From: Octopus vulgaris
Taxonomy: Eukaryota
Assembly (NCBI GenBank): GCA_951406725.2
Contig: OX597834.1
Coordinates: 38,874,001 to 38,938,000, forward strand
Length of the DNA stretch: 64,000 nucleotides
Direction: 5' to 3'
The translations under genes were made by a program, and so were the position numbers. Below are positions 1 to 13,406 of this stretch, piece by piece (position 1 is the stretch's first letter; each line of letters begins with the position of its first letter). The notes under the pieces are model-generated. The model saw only the letters and a list, made by a program, of their open reading frames with translations, was not told the DNA's origin and did not search any database.

Positions 1-71
1 AGAGAAGTAGAGAGAGAGAGAACCAGAGAAAAAAGAGAAACAGAGAAAAGAGAGGGGAAGAGAAGCAGAGA

Positions 72-135
<64 letters not shown>

Positions 136-349
136 CAGAGAGGGAGACAGACAGACAGACAGACAGAGATCCGATAAGTTACAGAGGCGTAAAAAAAACC
201 AATATGGTCCTGGATTTTACACGCCCCTGTAACTTAGCGGTTCGGCAAATGTGACCGATTGAATAAGTACCAGACTTTTAAAACAAAATATTTGCAGTGC
301 TTGGAAGGAAGGTGTGTAGCGTGTGATCGTCGCATTGGCCATGACAGAG

Positions 350-722
350 AGAGTTGTCATGGTGATACCTGCTCAGAGACCTACGCAAAGTTGCAGAAAG
401 TGTATGGAGAGGAGTGTATGAACATACACAAGTGTACGAGTGCTTCAGACCTTCCCAAGATGGCAAAAAAAATGTCGATATTGACAAACGTTCTGGTAGA
501 CCTGCAACCAGCAGAAGTGGGGTAAACATCGCAGATGTGCGTGTAGCCGTGAGGGGAAATCGTCGAATCACCAACCGTGAGTTATCAGAGGATGTTCAGA
601 TTAGTTATGGTTCAGTTCAGTCCATTATCACTGAAGATTTGGGTATGAGACACGTGTTTGTCAAGTTTGTGGCAAAATTGCATTCAGGTGACCAAGAAGA
701 CACTTTGATTTCAGTTCCATAA
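350..722 (+). pseudogene. Mariner transposase N-terminal (HTH) fragment, frameshifted
   Basis: SETYAKLQKVYGEECM / TQVYECF...DGKKNVDIDKRSGRPATS...RRITNRELSEDVQISYGSVQSIITEDLGMRHV matches the mariner bipartite HTH. No catalytic domain present. Confidence 0.88.
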
Positions 723-749
723 AATTTCCTAGATAGACAGATAGATATA

Positions 750-801
<52 letters not shown>

Positions 802-808
802 GAAATAA

Positions 809-842
<34 letters not shown>

Positions 843-926
843 ATTTCTTTATTTTTATTTATATATATATATATAAATAAAAATAAAGAAATAAAATATA
901 TATATATATATATTTTTTATTTCTTT

Positions 927-988
<62 letters not shown>

Positions 989-990
<2 letters not shown>

Positions 991-1245
991 GGCGCAATGG
1001 CCCAGTGGTTAGGGCAGCGGATTCGCGGTTTCGATTCCCAGACCGGGCGTTGTGAGTGTTTATTGAGCGAAAACACCTCAAGCTCCACGAGGCTCCGGCA
1101 GGGGGTGGAGGTGATCCCTGCTGTACTCTTTCGCCACAACTTTCTTTCACTCTTTCTTCTGTTGGCCTGCTCGCTTAGCCAACGGGTGGCGTCATTTGAA
1201 GGCTAAAAACAATGCGAAGCGCATTGTGACCAGCGGTTGGTCACG
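989..1245 (+). mobile_element. SINE family B (tRNA-Arg-like head)
   Basis: Head ggcgcaatggcccagtggttagggcagcgga...ggtttcgattccc. The same element is on - at ~39590-39878. Confidence 0.85.
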
Positions 1246-1569
1246 GTGATCACGGTGATATATATATATATGTATGTATGTATATATAGTGATCAGGGCA
1301 TTCGGTTCACGATCGTAGTTCAGTTCCCGACGATGCGTTGTGTCCTTGGGCAAGACACTTTATTTCACCTTGCTTCAGTCCACTCAGCTGGCAAAGATGT
1401 ATTTAGAAGAGGCAGCCTTGTCACACTCTGTGTCACGTTGAATATCCTAGAGAACTACGTTATGGGAGCACGTGCCTGTGGAGGGCTCAGCGCGTTAATT
1501 CCACGAGCATGCTGTTGCGCTGATCGGTTCAACTGGGACCCTCGTCGTCCTAACCGACGGAGTGCGCTT

Positions 1570-1700
1570 CTATATATATATATATATATGTGTGTGTATT
1601 TATATATATATATATAAAATTATATTATATTATATTATATATATATACATATATATATTATATATATATATTATATTATATTATATTATATATATATATG

Positions 1701-1768
<68 letters not shown>

Positions 1769-1849
1769 TATATAAGTATATTGACATGTATGTATATACA
1801 TCTGAATATATACATATGTATACATATATATGTTATATGTGTATATATG

Positions 1850-1899
<50 letters not shown>

Positions 1900-1979
1900 A
1901 TATATATATATATATTATATATATATACATATAAATATACATATACATATATATATATTGTGTTATATATATATATTGT

Positions 1980-2011
<32 letters not shown>

Positions 2012-2018
2012 TACATAC

Positions 2019-2076
<58 letters not shown>

Positions 2077-2478
2077 CATTATATATATATATATATATAT
2101 ACATACATTCACATATATATATATATATATGTAGTATTAATCGTGTATGCATGTACGTTTCCGTATTATGCATGATTAATATGGCAGATAGGAAGATAAA
2201 TTGCGAGGCGCCAATATCTCATTGGAATGCATGGCGTATGATAATCCTATACAATACTGACACACAAGCAAATGATCGCTAAAATCTCAATGAGGAATTC
2301 CGGACTGGAACAGTGCTGCTATCTGCATCTGACCATGTAAACAAACCAAGTAAACATACATACGTACATATATAGATACATACATATGGACACACATATC
2401 TATAATATGATGTATATTTGTATATAATGTATATAATTGTATGTATAAAGTTTGTATATATATATATTTGTATATATT

Positions 2479-2528
<50 letters not shown>

Positions 2529-2594
2529 ATTTCTCATAATTGCACACAAACACCCACAAACGTTCGCATATGTATGCATTTGTAATTTATGACA

Positions 2595-2626
<32 letters not shown>

Positions 2627-2767
2627 CATTTGTATCTTTGTACACACACAAACTCATATATATGTATATAAATATATATATATGTGTGTATGTGTGTGTG
2701 TGTGTGTGTTTGTTTACTTATACATTTGTTTACATGATAAATATGTATATATATATATATATGTTTG

Positions 2768-2799
<32 letters not shown>

Positions 2800-3350
2800 C
2801 GTTTGCATCGATATATACACACACACGCATATACAAAAACACATTATGCACACATATTTGTGTATGTGTGCACGCATATACAAACACGCATATACAAACA
2901 CACATTATGCACACATATTTGTGTAGTGTGTGTCCGTGCGCGCACATTTCTATGCTCGTGTCTGTACGTGTGCAAGTTTGTGCGAATGTTTTTCAGTATG
3001 CGTACAAACATACATACACACATACATACATACACATACGTGCATACATACATACATACATACATACATACATACACACATACACACATACATACATACA
3101 TACATACATACATACATACATGCATACATACATACATACATACATACATACATACATACATACATACATACATACATACATACATACATACATGAACTCA
3201 TGTATTATGAACTCTGTTTAAATGTAGACTAGAACTGCTGTTGGTTGTTGTTGTTATTGCTGTTGTTAATATTATTATTTTCATCATCATCATAATCATT
3301 ATTATCGTTGTTGTTGAATATTATTAATATTATCATTATTATTATTATTA

Positions 3351-3391
<41 letters not shown>

Positions 3392-3401
3392 GTGGTTGTT
3401 A

Positions 3402-3433
<32 letters not shown>

Positions 3434-3439
3434 TTCATT

Positions 3440-3528
<89 letters not shown>

Positions 3529-3573
3529 CACTATTATTATTATTATTATTACTACTACTACTACTACTACTAC

Positions 3574-3607
<34 letters not shown>

Positions 3608-3736
3608 GTTATTATTATCATTATTATTATTTTCATTGTTGTTATTGTTAGAGTTGTTGATGTTTCAATCGTTGCTGTTATTCTCGTTGTTATTGGTGAT
3701 GTTGCTATTGTTGTTGTTGCTGCTGCTGCTGCTTTT

Positions 3737-3772
<36 letters not shown>

Positions 3773-4030
3773 GCTCTTTTTGGGGTGGGGAGAAAAGATG
3801 GAATTGGTGCTATTGGTGTCAGATTTATTGCAATGTTTGGCGTCGTTGTTGCTAGTTTCCAAGCATAAATGGTTGTGTTATGGAAATATTACAGCACAGC
3901 CTGTATTTATAGAAATCTACATACAATATATATATAAACAAACAAACCTCACATGCGCATGCGCACACAAACACACACACTGACATGTAATACACATGTT
4001 TATTTATATTTAATATATATATTTTACATA

Positions 4031-4116
<86 letters not shown>

Positions 4117-4317
4117 GTGTTTGCTCTTATACATGTGTGTGTCTGTTTATGTTTGTGTGTGTGTGTGTGTGTGGAATCGTGTTTAAATTGTTACATAATT
4201 ATTAGTCATCCTAATAAATATTGGGCGTACTTATTGTATTCACACACATACATATATACATATATATATATACTTACATGCATACATACACATATAAGTG
4301 CTTGCGTGTGCTTCTTT

Positions 4318-4356
<39 letters not shown>

Positions 4357-4469
4357 CATATATATGTATATATATATATAAATGCATACACACACTCATA
4401 TGTGTGTCTATATGAGTGTGTGTATATTATCTGTATAGATATGTATATATGTGTATATATATGTATATA

Positions 4470-4519
<50 letters not shown>

Positions 4520-4593
4520 TATATATGTATATATATATATGTATGTATGTATGTATGTATATATATATAAATATTTATCTGTGCATATAAATG

Positions 4594-4640
<47 letters not shown>

Positions 4641-4686
4641 CATATAGACATATGCATGCATTCATACATATCTTTATATGTGTGTA

Positions 4687-4747
<61 letters not shown>

Positions 4748-5102
4748 ATTGTATATATGTATATATATAATATAAATATGTATGTATATACGTATGTATA
4801 TATATATATATATATTTGTGTATATATATATATATATGTGTGTATGTATATATATATAAACGCATATACACATAAATGCACACATACATTGATATATATA
4901 TTTGCAAAAGTGCTCGAATGCGTGAGAATAAGTATTTTGTCTATGAATCTGTATATATGCGTGTAATAGTGCATCTGTGTGTGTATATATGTATGTGTAC
5001 ATTGGTATGAATATGAGTGCGTTTTTGTATTTGTGTTTTGTATGCTTGTGTGCTTGTGAGTATGTGTGTATGTGTGTGTAAGGGCCCGCGCGTTGTGTGT
5101 GA

Positions 5103-5170
<68 letters not shown>
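1570..5170. repeat. Compound microsatellite field (TA, TG, TACA, ATT, ATC, GTT)
   Basis: Direct inspection. Comparable fields at 9190-9860, 12180-12545, 14100-14490, 19080-19490, 24010-24570, 27350-28100, 33225-33400, 36900-37280, 37600-38830, 42205-42480, 43100-43660, 49850-50080 and 51138-51580. Confidence 0.98.
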
Positions 5171-5172
<2 letters not shown>

Positions 5173-6179
5173 ACTTACATAAGGTTTTCAAATCTATATT
5201 TCCAACTTGCATGAATGATTGGGTGGGAGAACAAAGGCGCAGAGTGAGCGAATGATAAATCGACATTTGAACGGGTAGCCGGGTGAAAGTATAAACAAGG
5301 GAGGCGGGTGGGGAGGAGCTGAAGTTGCAAGGATGGACGGGTGTTTGGCTGGCAGGCCGGGTAGACGGATGGTTGGCAAGGCTTGCATAACATGCCTTGT
5401 TCCAAAGATGAATCAGCTCTTGGCCAATCAATGAAAAAAACCAGGGTGGATGGGCTACTAGAATGGACTGATGCAGTAGTTGTCGAACGGGTAGATATGA
5501 TTGTTCCAACGGGTAGTAAGTTAGCTGAGGGGGGGGGGGAGATGATGTATAGCGAACGGTGGGGGGGTTGAGGGAGTTTTCGGCGTAGGGATGAACGGTT
5601 TCGACTAGGAATAAGGGTGGATTTTTGCAATAGGGGTAAACAAACCGAGATCGATGAGAGCTGGGGAGTGGACGGTTCTTCACCTGTCAACAGTGCAGCT
5701 GACCTGTCTCCAAGGTCAAAACACTTAGCTGCCAAACGACCCAGTCCACTTGGCCGTCAATAGGTCGACATGAGAAAGACGTAGAGGGTGTTCATAAATT
5801 ATCTTTACAGCTTCCACTAATTTATTGCGGGCGTTCTCAGCCATTTTTTAAAATCTATCTATGGGCCCCTTTGAGTACTATTTTATTCGCGAGGCGGAGA
5901 TGTTGGTGATGATGATGATGATGATGGTCGTGGTGGTGGTGATGATGATGATATTAATGGTGATGGTTGTGATGATGATGATGATGGTCGTCATGATGGT
6001 GGTGGTGGTGGTGGTGGTGGTGGTGGTGGTGGTGATGGCTTTGGTAGTGGCAGTGGTGGTGGTGGTGGTGATGATGATGATCGTGATGATTACAATGGTA
6101 GTGATGATAGTGATGGTGATTTTATAGAAACATCTTTCAAAATTCCTATTTTGTTTTATATACATTCTCTTGTGTAGGC

Positions 6180-6815
6180 CGAGGACAAAATACTGCTAAG
6201 CATTTCACCCGGCGTGCTAACGATTCTTTTCTACTCTAGGCACAAGGCCAAAATTTTGGGGGAGGGGTCAGTCGATTATCTCGACCCCAGTACGCAACAA
6301 CAGGTACTTATTTTATCGACCTCGTAAGTATAAAAAGCAAAGTTGACCTCGGCGGAATTTGAACTCAGAATATAGCGACGGGCGAAATACCTATTTCTTT
6401 ATTACCCACAAGGGGCTAAACACAGATGGGACAAACAAGGACAGACATAGGTATTAAGTCGATTACATCGACGCCAGTGCGTAACTGGTACTTAATTTAT
6501 CGACCCCGAAAGGATGAAAGGCAAGGTCGACCTCGGCGGAATTTGAACTCAGAATGCAGCGGCGGACGAAATACCGCTTAGCATTTCGCCCGGTGTGATA
6601 ACGATTCTTTTCTACTCTAGGCACAAGGCCAAAATTTTGGGGGAGGGGGTCAGTCGATTAGCTCGACCCCAGTACGCAACTGGTACTTATTTTATCGAAC
6701 CCGTAAGTATAAAAAGCAAAGTTGACCTCGGCGGAATTTGAACTCAGAACGTAGCGACGGGCGAAATACCGTTATGCATTTCGCCCGGCGTGCTAACGAT
6801 TCTGCCAGATCGCGC
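6180..6815 (-). mobile_element. Head-to-tail array of SINE family A (Meta-domain-like tRNA SINE)
   Basis: At least three joined copies of ggcgagctggcagaatcgttagc...gttcaaattccgccgaggtcgactttgcctttcatcctttcggggtcgataaa. The central part resembles the MetaSINE domain. Confidence 0.88.
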
Positions 6816-8027
6816 CGACTTGGTGGCAGCAGAGGATGTTGTCAATAATGACGTATAACGATAGATTGACAGAATCCTTGAGTTCAAATCCTGCTGAGGT
6901 CAACTCTTCAGATGGCATCCCAGGGAAATCACTCGAACGGAGGTTTCGCGATCCACCTTTTGTATCTTCTGTTCGCAGACCAGTTGTTCGTAAAGTTTCT
7001 TGAGCAAAACACATTTCACGTACCCGCAGTTGCCTCAGCTACAAGGAAATGGGTAACTTTGTGACAGATTGGCGCGCAAGGTTGATATAGCGACTCGGGG
7101 AAAACCACCCGAACGGAGGTTGGTCTTGCGAGCCATGTTTTGTATTCAGCGACCGAAATGATGAATAATAGTACAAGTCGTTCTGTGAATCCCGACTGGT
7201 TGGGATTGGTTGTTCAACCAGATCGAAGGCCCTCATCAAGCACAACTATAAAGGATAATGACTATCGCACACAACCAAGGGACAAGTACGCGCAACCAAA
7301 CATCTAAGATGCAACCAAGGGGCTTCTACAGACAAACAAACAAACATTACCAAGTACTACTCAGGCACTGGAAAAAATCTTCCAGACACTATCAGATAAA
7401 CTACACGAACGAAATGCAAAACCTTGAATTACAAGGAAACGAAGGGCGCGTGGTGGGTAGAGATTTTGTTTTCGTGCATGTTTAAACATTATCATCAGAT
7501 CAATAAAGATGAAGCCAAGTTTTACACTGCAATCCTTGACATTTTTATGATTGCGCATATTGAATATAAAACGGTTTTTAGTGTTTCAAAACATGTTGTG
7601 ATTTATCGATATTTTGTTCCAGCATCGAAATAATTCTTCGTATCTGGTCTGAAAGAAAGGAGGGAAAGAATAGAGGGGTTCTACAGTGAGACGTAGAAAT
7701 ATCTGGAAATGTTCGAGATTTCCGTGAGATATCAACTGTTGTACATGTCTTATTGCGATCGCAATCACAGTTGATATCATATGTCACTAAGACATATCAC
7801 AGCTGATATCATATGTCACCAAGATATATCACGGTTGATGTGATATGTTAATATGATATAAGTGCGATCACTTCGACATTTGACGCGTGCCACATCGTGT
7901 ACTTGTACGGGCAGTGCCGATTTCATTGTTTGATAGAGCGAAGGAACTAATGCACAAACGTTTGATCGCTAGAAACAAACCATCTGCGTAGTTTGTTCAG
8001 CAAGAAATTGTTATTATTATTATTATT

Positions 8028-8077
<50 letters not shown>

Positions 8078-8088
8078 TATTATAAAAG

Positions 8089-8301
8089 AGGCGAGCTGGC
8101 AGAATTGTTAAGCGCGCTGTATGAAATGCTTAGCGGTATTTCGTCTGCCTTCACGTTCTGAGTTCAAAATGCCGCCGGGGTCGACTTTGCCTCTCATCCA
8201 ATCAGGGGTCGATAAATTAAGTACCAGTTACGCACTGCGGTCCATGTAATCGACTTATCTCCGCCCCCAAAACTTCACGTCTTGTGCCTATCGTAGAAAG
8301 G

Positions 8302-8305
<4 letters not shown>
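8089..8305 (+). mobile_element. SINE family A, full length, ATT tail
   Basis: A/B-box-like head, Meta-like middle, tail cttgtgcctatcgtagaaagg(att)n. Further copies at ~15238-15615, 18880-19020, 30478-30850, 38195-38350, 44035-44255, 52650-52750 and 60295-60500. Confidence 0.88.
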
Positions 8306-8375
<70 letters not shown>

Positions 8376-8457
8376 CAGGGTGTTTGAATGGCGGTGCCCC
8401 AGCATGGCCACAGCTCGTGAGCTGAAACTAGATAAAATAAAAGTAAAAATGAATCAT

Positions 8458-8498
<41 letters not shown>

Positions 8499-8499
8499 A

Positions 8500-8567
<68 letters not shown>

Positions 8568-9193
8568 TTACTATTATTATCATTATTATTATTATAGGCG
8601 TAGGAGTGGCTGTGTGGTAACTAGCTTGCTGATGAACCACATGCGTGGCACCTTGGGCAAGAGTCTTCTGCTATAGCCTTGGGCCGACCAAAGCCTTTTG
8701 AGTGGATTTGATAGACGGAAACTGAAAGAAGCCCGTCGTATATATGCTTATATATATATATGCTCCAGTCCAGCTGAGTGGGCTGGAGCAACGTGAAATA
8801 AAGTGTCTTGCTCAAGAACACAACACGGTGCCAGGAATCGAACTCACCTCCTTACGATCTTGAGCCGAACACCCTAACCACTAAACCGCGCACCTTCACG
8901 CAAATGCTATTATATTCATTTCCGTGTGTTTCTTGAGGTGTCGCGATTTTCGTCGCACTTCTGCGACCTGGTCCCTGGGCGCAACTCTATTGAGAAGTAG
9001 TGAAATCGCATCAATGACCAGGACACAGAGGTGCGACGAAAATTCTGAGCCTTCAAGAAATGCTCTCAAAGTTTAATGTATATTTTATAACAGTATTTTG
9101 TGAGTTTGGAAATAAAATACTTCTCAATACACACATATACACTTTCAATCAAGTTAGTCGCCAAACAATTATATTTCCGATATATGCGCGCTT

Positions 9194-9353
<160 letters not shown>

Positions 9354-9784
9354 TAGTGTGTGTGTGTGTGGTAGTGTGTGTGTGTGTGTGTGTTTGAGTG
9401 CATGTGCTTGTGTGTGTGTGTGTGTGTTCGTATGTATGTGTGTGCATGCGTATTTGTGTTTGTATTGTGTGTGTATGTGTGTTTTGGTGTTTTGTGTGTA
9501 TGTGTGTGCTTCAGTACATGTGCTTGTGTGTTTGTATGTGCGTGTGTGTGTGTGTTTGTCAGCATGTGTTTCTATGTGTGTGTGTGCTTGTGTGTTAGTA
9601 TGGATGTACATATGTATGAATGTATGTATGTATGTATGTGTGTTTGTGCGTATGTGTGCGTTTGTACTTGTGAGCGTGTGTGTGTGTGTACATGCGCGCG
9701 AGTGCCTGTGTAAAAGCGGATATGTAGCCATTTAAAAAGTGAAAACCCACACGCACATACATTCATACATACATACACACTCAT

Positions 9785-9855
<71 letters not shown>

Positions 9856-10080
9856 CACATACTCACTTGGCAACGTCATAAACTCTGGCAGAAATATCCA
9901 TATCGACAGGCCACGCTGACCTCTTCCAAGCCCTACCACTACATGTACCGAAGATATTAGAATTAACTATTAACTACTACAGCTTTATGGCTATCTCACT
10001 CCACATAAATATCATCGTACCACCAGTATTGTTATCATCATCATCATCATCACCACCACCACTACCACCAACAACAGCAG

Positions 10081-10465
10081 GAGGTGCAATGGCCCAATGG
10101 TTAGGGCAGCGGACTCGCGGTCTCAGGATCGCGGTTTCGATTCCCAGACCGGGCGTTGTGTGTGTTTATTGAGCGAAAACACCTAAAGCTCTACGAGGTT
10201 CCGGCAGGGAGTGGGGGTGGCGACCCCGGTTGTACTATTTCGCCCCAACTTTCTCTCACTCTTTTTTCCTGTTTCTTGTCCCTCGACTTCCTACGCAACC
10301 GCTGAGCCTGGATGCGCATTCATCCATCCGTCGATGCTCTCGGTGTCGGGGTTGACCTGCTTTCTCTTCTGCAGGTCTTACGAATAGCAAAGGACCATGT
10401 TTCGGACTTCTCCCATCTTGCGAGCTCTGGGACGAAGACCGTTCGCTCAACAGCAACAACAACAA
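10081..10465 (+). mobile_element. SINE family B with an alternative tail ending in (CAA)n
   Basis: Matches 989-1160 for ~190 bp, then carries an unrelated ~180-bp tail. Confidence 0.85.
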
Positions 10466-10970
10466 CAGTTACAACCACAGCATCCCCACAAGAACACCCC
10501 ACAAATCTCAATAACATCGAGCTTCTAACACACGCATATATGCATATACAAATATACACTCATACCCACTTATGAGGGCATGTGCATAGCTGTGTGGGTT
10601 AGGGACTCGCTTTGCAACCATGTCGTTCCACGTTCAGTTCCGCGGCGCGAAACCTTGGGTAAATGTCTTCTACGATAGTCCCGGGCCGACCAATTCCTTG
10701 TGAGTGAATTTTGTTGCGAAAAGCTATGGTGGAAACTTGTCGTGTGTATGTGTGTATATATATATATGATTTTCTCTATACGAATTTTTGTTTTATATAT
10801 AGGTGTAGGAGTGGCTGTGTGGTAAGTAGCTTGCTTACCAACCACATGGTTCCGGGTTCAGTCCCACTGCGTGGCACCTTGGGCAAGTACCTTCTACTAT
10901 AGCCTCGGGCCGACCAAAGCCTTGTGAGTGGATTTGGTAGTCGGAAACTAAAAGAAGCCCGTCGTATATA

Positions 10971-11074
<104 letters not shown>

Positions 11075-11353
11075 GGGTAAAATTAATTAATTAACTAGTA
11101 ATCAATAATTTCACCAAGTAGAATTCGGCATGAAAAAGGACCATTTTTCGGTAAACGTAAACAATATTTTATAATTACGAGTATAACTATAATTAGGGTT
11201 CAGCAAAGATTTGCTTTACCACACACCGAAGTTTAGAAATAGCAGCCAAAGAACCTTAGCTATTTCTTCTACTATAAGAAGAGACTCCCGGACAAAAACA
11301 AAATACTTGAAACAACCCAGGCAAACAGAGAGGAAAAATAACGAAAAATCTGT

Positions 11354-11460
11354 ATTAGATCTGATTACCCATGGACGCGTTTCGGAATTAGATCTGATTA
11401 CCCATGGACGCGTTTCGGAATTAGATCTGATTACCCATGGACGCGTTTCGGAATTAGATC
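11354..11460. repeat. Perfect 33-bp tandem repeat, x3 plus a partial copy
   Basis: Unit attagatctgattacccatggacgcgtttcgga starts at 11354, 11387 and 11420. Confidence 0.97.
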
Positions 11461-11516
11461 GGTATAAAGAATGTAAAATTCATACTTTACCCAAACATTT
11501 TCCTCCTCAGCATGAG
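11434..11516 (-). ncRNA. Type I hammerhead ribozyme, Penelope-type with short palindromic stem III
   Basis: CUCAUG-CUGAGGA-GGAA...UUCC-GAAA-CGCG-UC-CAUGGG: intact core, 6-bp stem I, long extendable stem II, GUC triplet. Confidence 0.8.
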
Positions 11517-12184
11517 ATTTCACGATATTAAATCCGAAAGCACTGGAAAAATTGAACATACCTCTCCAATTCACAATATCGTGAAATTCGCTCACAAGGC
11601 AGTGGTCGGCCCGGAGCGGTATTAGAAGACACTTGCCCAAGGTTCCTCGCGGTGGGAATGACCCTACAGCCACTTGACTGCAAAGCAAGCTTCTTAACCA
11701 ACACAGCTATGCCTACACATTTACAGCCAAACTTGCGCCTATAAATCAAATTTTATATTAAGCTTTTACATATAACTTCCATACTTAATTTATTATTACA
11801 GTAACACACTAATATTATTAACTCCCGGTTAATTTATTTTCTCTCAAGTTAGCATTGGACCCCTACATTTCCGCAATGGAAGCCATATTGTCTTTCATCG
11901 CGTATATCTATTTAATAACACAACATTAATTTTCATATAAATATTAACTTGAGTTTGTCTCCCCCTTCTGTATAATAATTCATTAAATTTGCTACAGACG
12001 GGGCTGTTGTTTAATAATTCTACCTGAGACTTTTGAGCTTTGTCAGTTTTACGACGATTTCATTTCGTCGTGTGATATCATTCTGGATTTATTTATTTGT
12101 CAACCTTCAAAATCTTGATTAAGATTTTGACAGTTCGCCAGAGGACACCGCAATAAATGATATTCTTCAACTGTTTCTTCAATA

Positions 12185-12225
<41 letters not shown>

Positions 12226-12270
12226 TACATATGTTCATACACGCACAAACACATACACACATATATGTTT

Positions 12271-12339
<69 letters not shown>

Positions 12340-12345
12340 TGGATG

Positions 12346-12430
<85 letters not shown>

Positions 12431-12551
12431 ACACGTGTACATGTGTATGTGTACATTTATATATATATATATACATGTATGTATGTATGTATTATGTATG
12501 TATGTATGTATGTATGTATGTATGTATTATGTATGTATATGTATACATTTA

Positions 12552-12950
12552 TAGGAGGGGAAGTAAAAAAATACCCGCACTTTCGCCATAACCTTTTTAT
12601 TATTGTCACATTGCCTTCTGCGCATGCGTGCTTATAGTTGGTACTACTATGATCACATGATCGAAGTTTGAGCCTGGTCATGCCATTTTTTTTCTGGCTT
12701 TACGGTGGTAAACATGACCGCTCCACTAGCAACGTGCACCAAAGAAGAACAATGAACAGCGATCCGACAGATGGGAATGGTGAACCGGTTCATCATCAGA
12801 GCCAGCCCGAGGGTTGCTGGCGCTCCGGGCAGGATGAACTGACAGTCGTGGAAAGTCCTGCTCCCTCTTCGTGCGTCAAGCTTGCCCGGCCACTTTTAAA
12901 CTTCTCGATTTGCTCATACACACTTCTACGCGGTAACAACCACTCGTGAT
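12552..12950. mobile_element. Mariner left end with an internally inverted transposase fragment
   Basis: TA followed by a TIR-like start (ggaggggaagtaaaaaaatacccg). ATG at 12714 gives MTAPLATCTKEEQ*TAIR on +. LPRRSVYEQIEKFKSGRASLTHEEGAG follows on - (~12940-12850). Confidence 0.78.
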
Positions 12951-13291
12951 ATCAAACAGCTGTTATATGTTGTGCAAATAAACGAGTAAACTAATTGTCT
13001 TTAATTCAACAACGGCTATCGAAGTGAATAGTCATCAAAACAGCTTGATGTCCCACGAGGTACCTTGTTTTAAATATTCCATATTTTCCCACTACAACGT
13101 ATTTCAGTTCTGTTCTTTTCATTTGTTTAATTCCCAACATGAACAACAAAAATCATAGCTCCGGCTAACAGATGAATCCTTGAGCACTCTCAGTGATTAA
13201 ATGTTTTGCTTAAAGTAACTAAAATCGTACATCTTCACGGCACTCTCTCTATCTATATCTTTCTCTCCCTCTCTCTCTATCTATCTATCTT

Positions 13292-13325
<34 letters not shown>

Positions 13326-13355
13326 ACTTTCCACACATATATATATATATGTGTA

Positions 13356-13406
<51 letters not shown>

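Noticed and set aside
1562-5683. Long ORFs rich in YI/CV/HT/poly-I/poly-L, here and throughout the track
   Set aside because: They are translations of di-, tri- and tetranucleotide microsatellites that lack stops; no domain or splice support.
10081-10155. tRNA-Arg gene
   Set aside because: No complete cloverleaf or acceptor stem; it continues into a multi-copy SINE body. The same applies to the other SINE heads.
10390-10430. Minus-strand GAAACAUGGUC as a hammerhead half
   Set aside because: No CUGANGA or stem II partner nearby.
11354-11460. CRISPR-like 33-bp repeats
   Set aside because: The repeats are contiguous with no spacers, there are no cas genes, and the context is eukaryotic.
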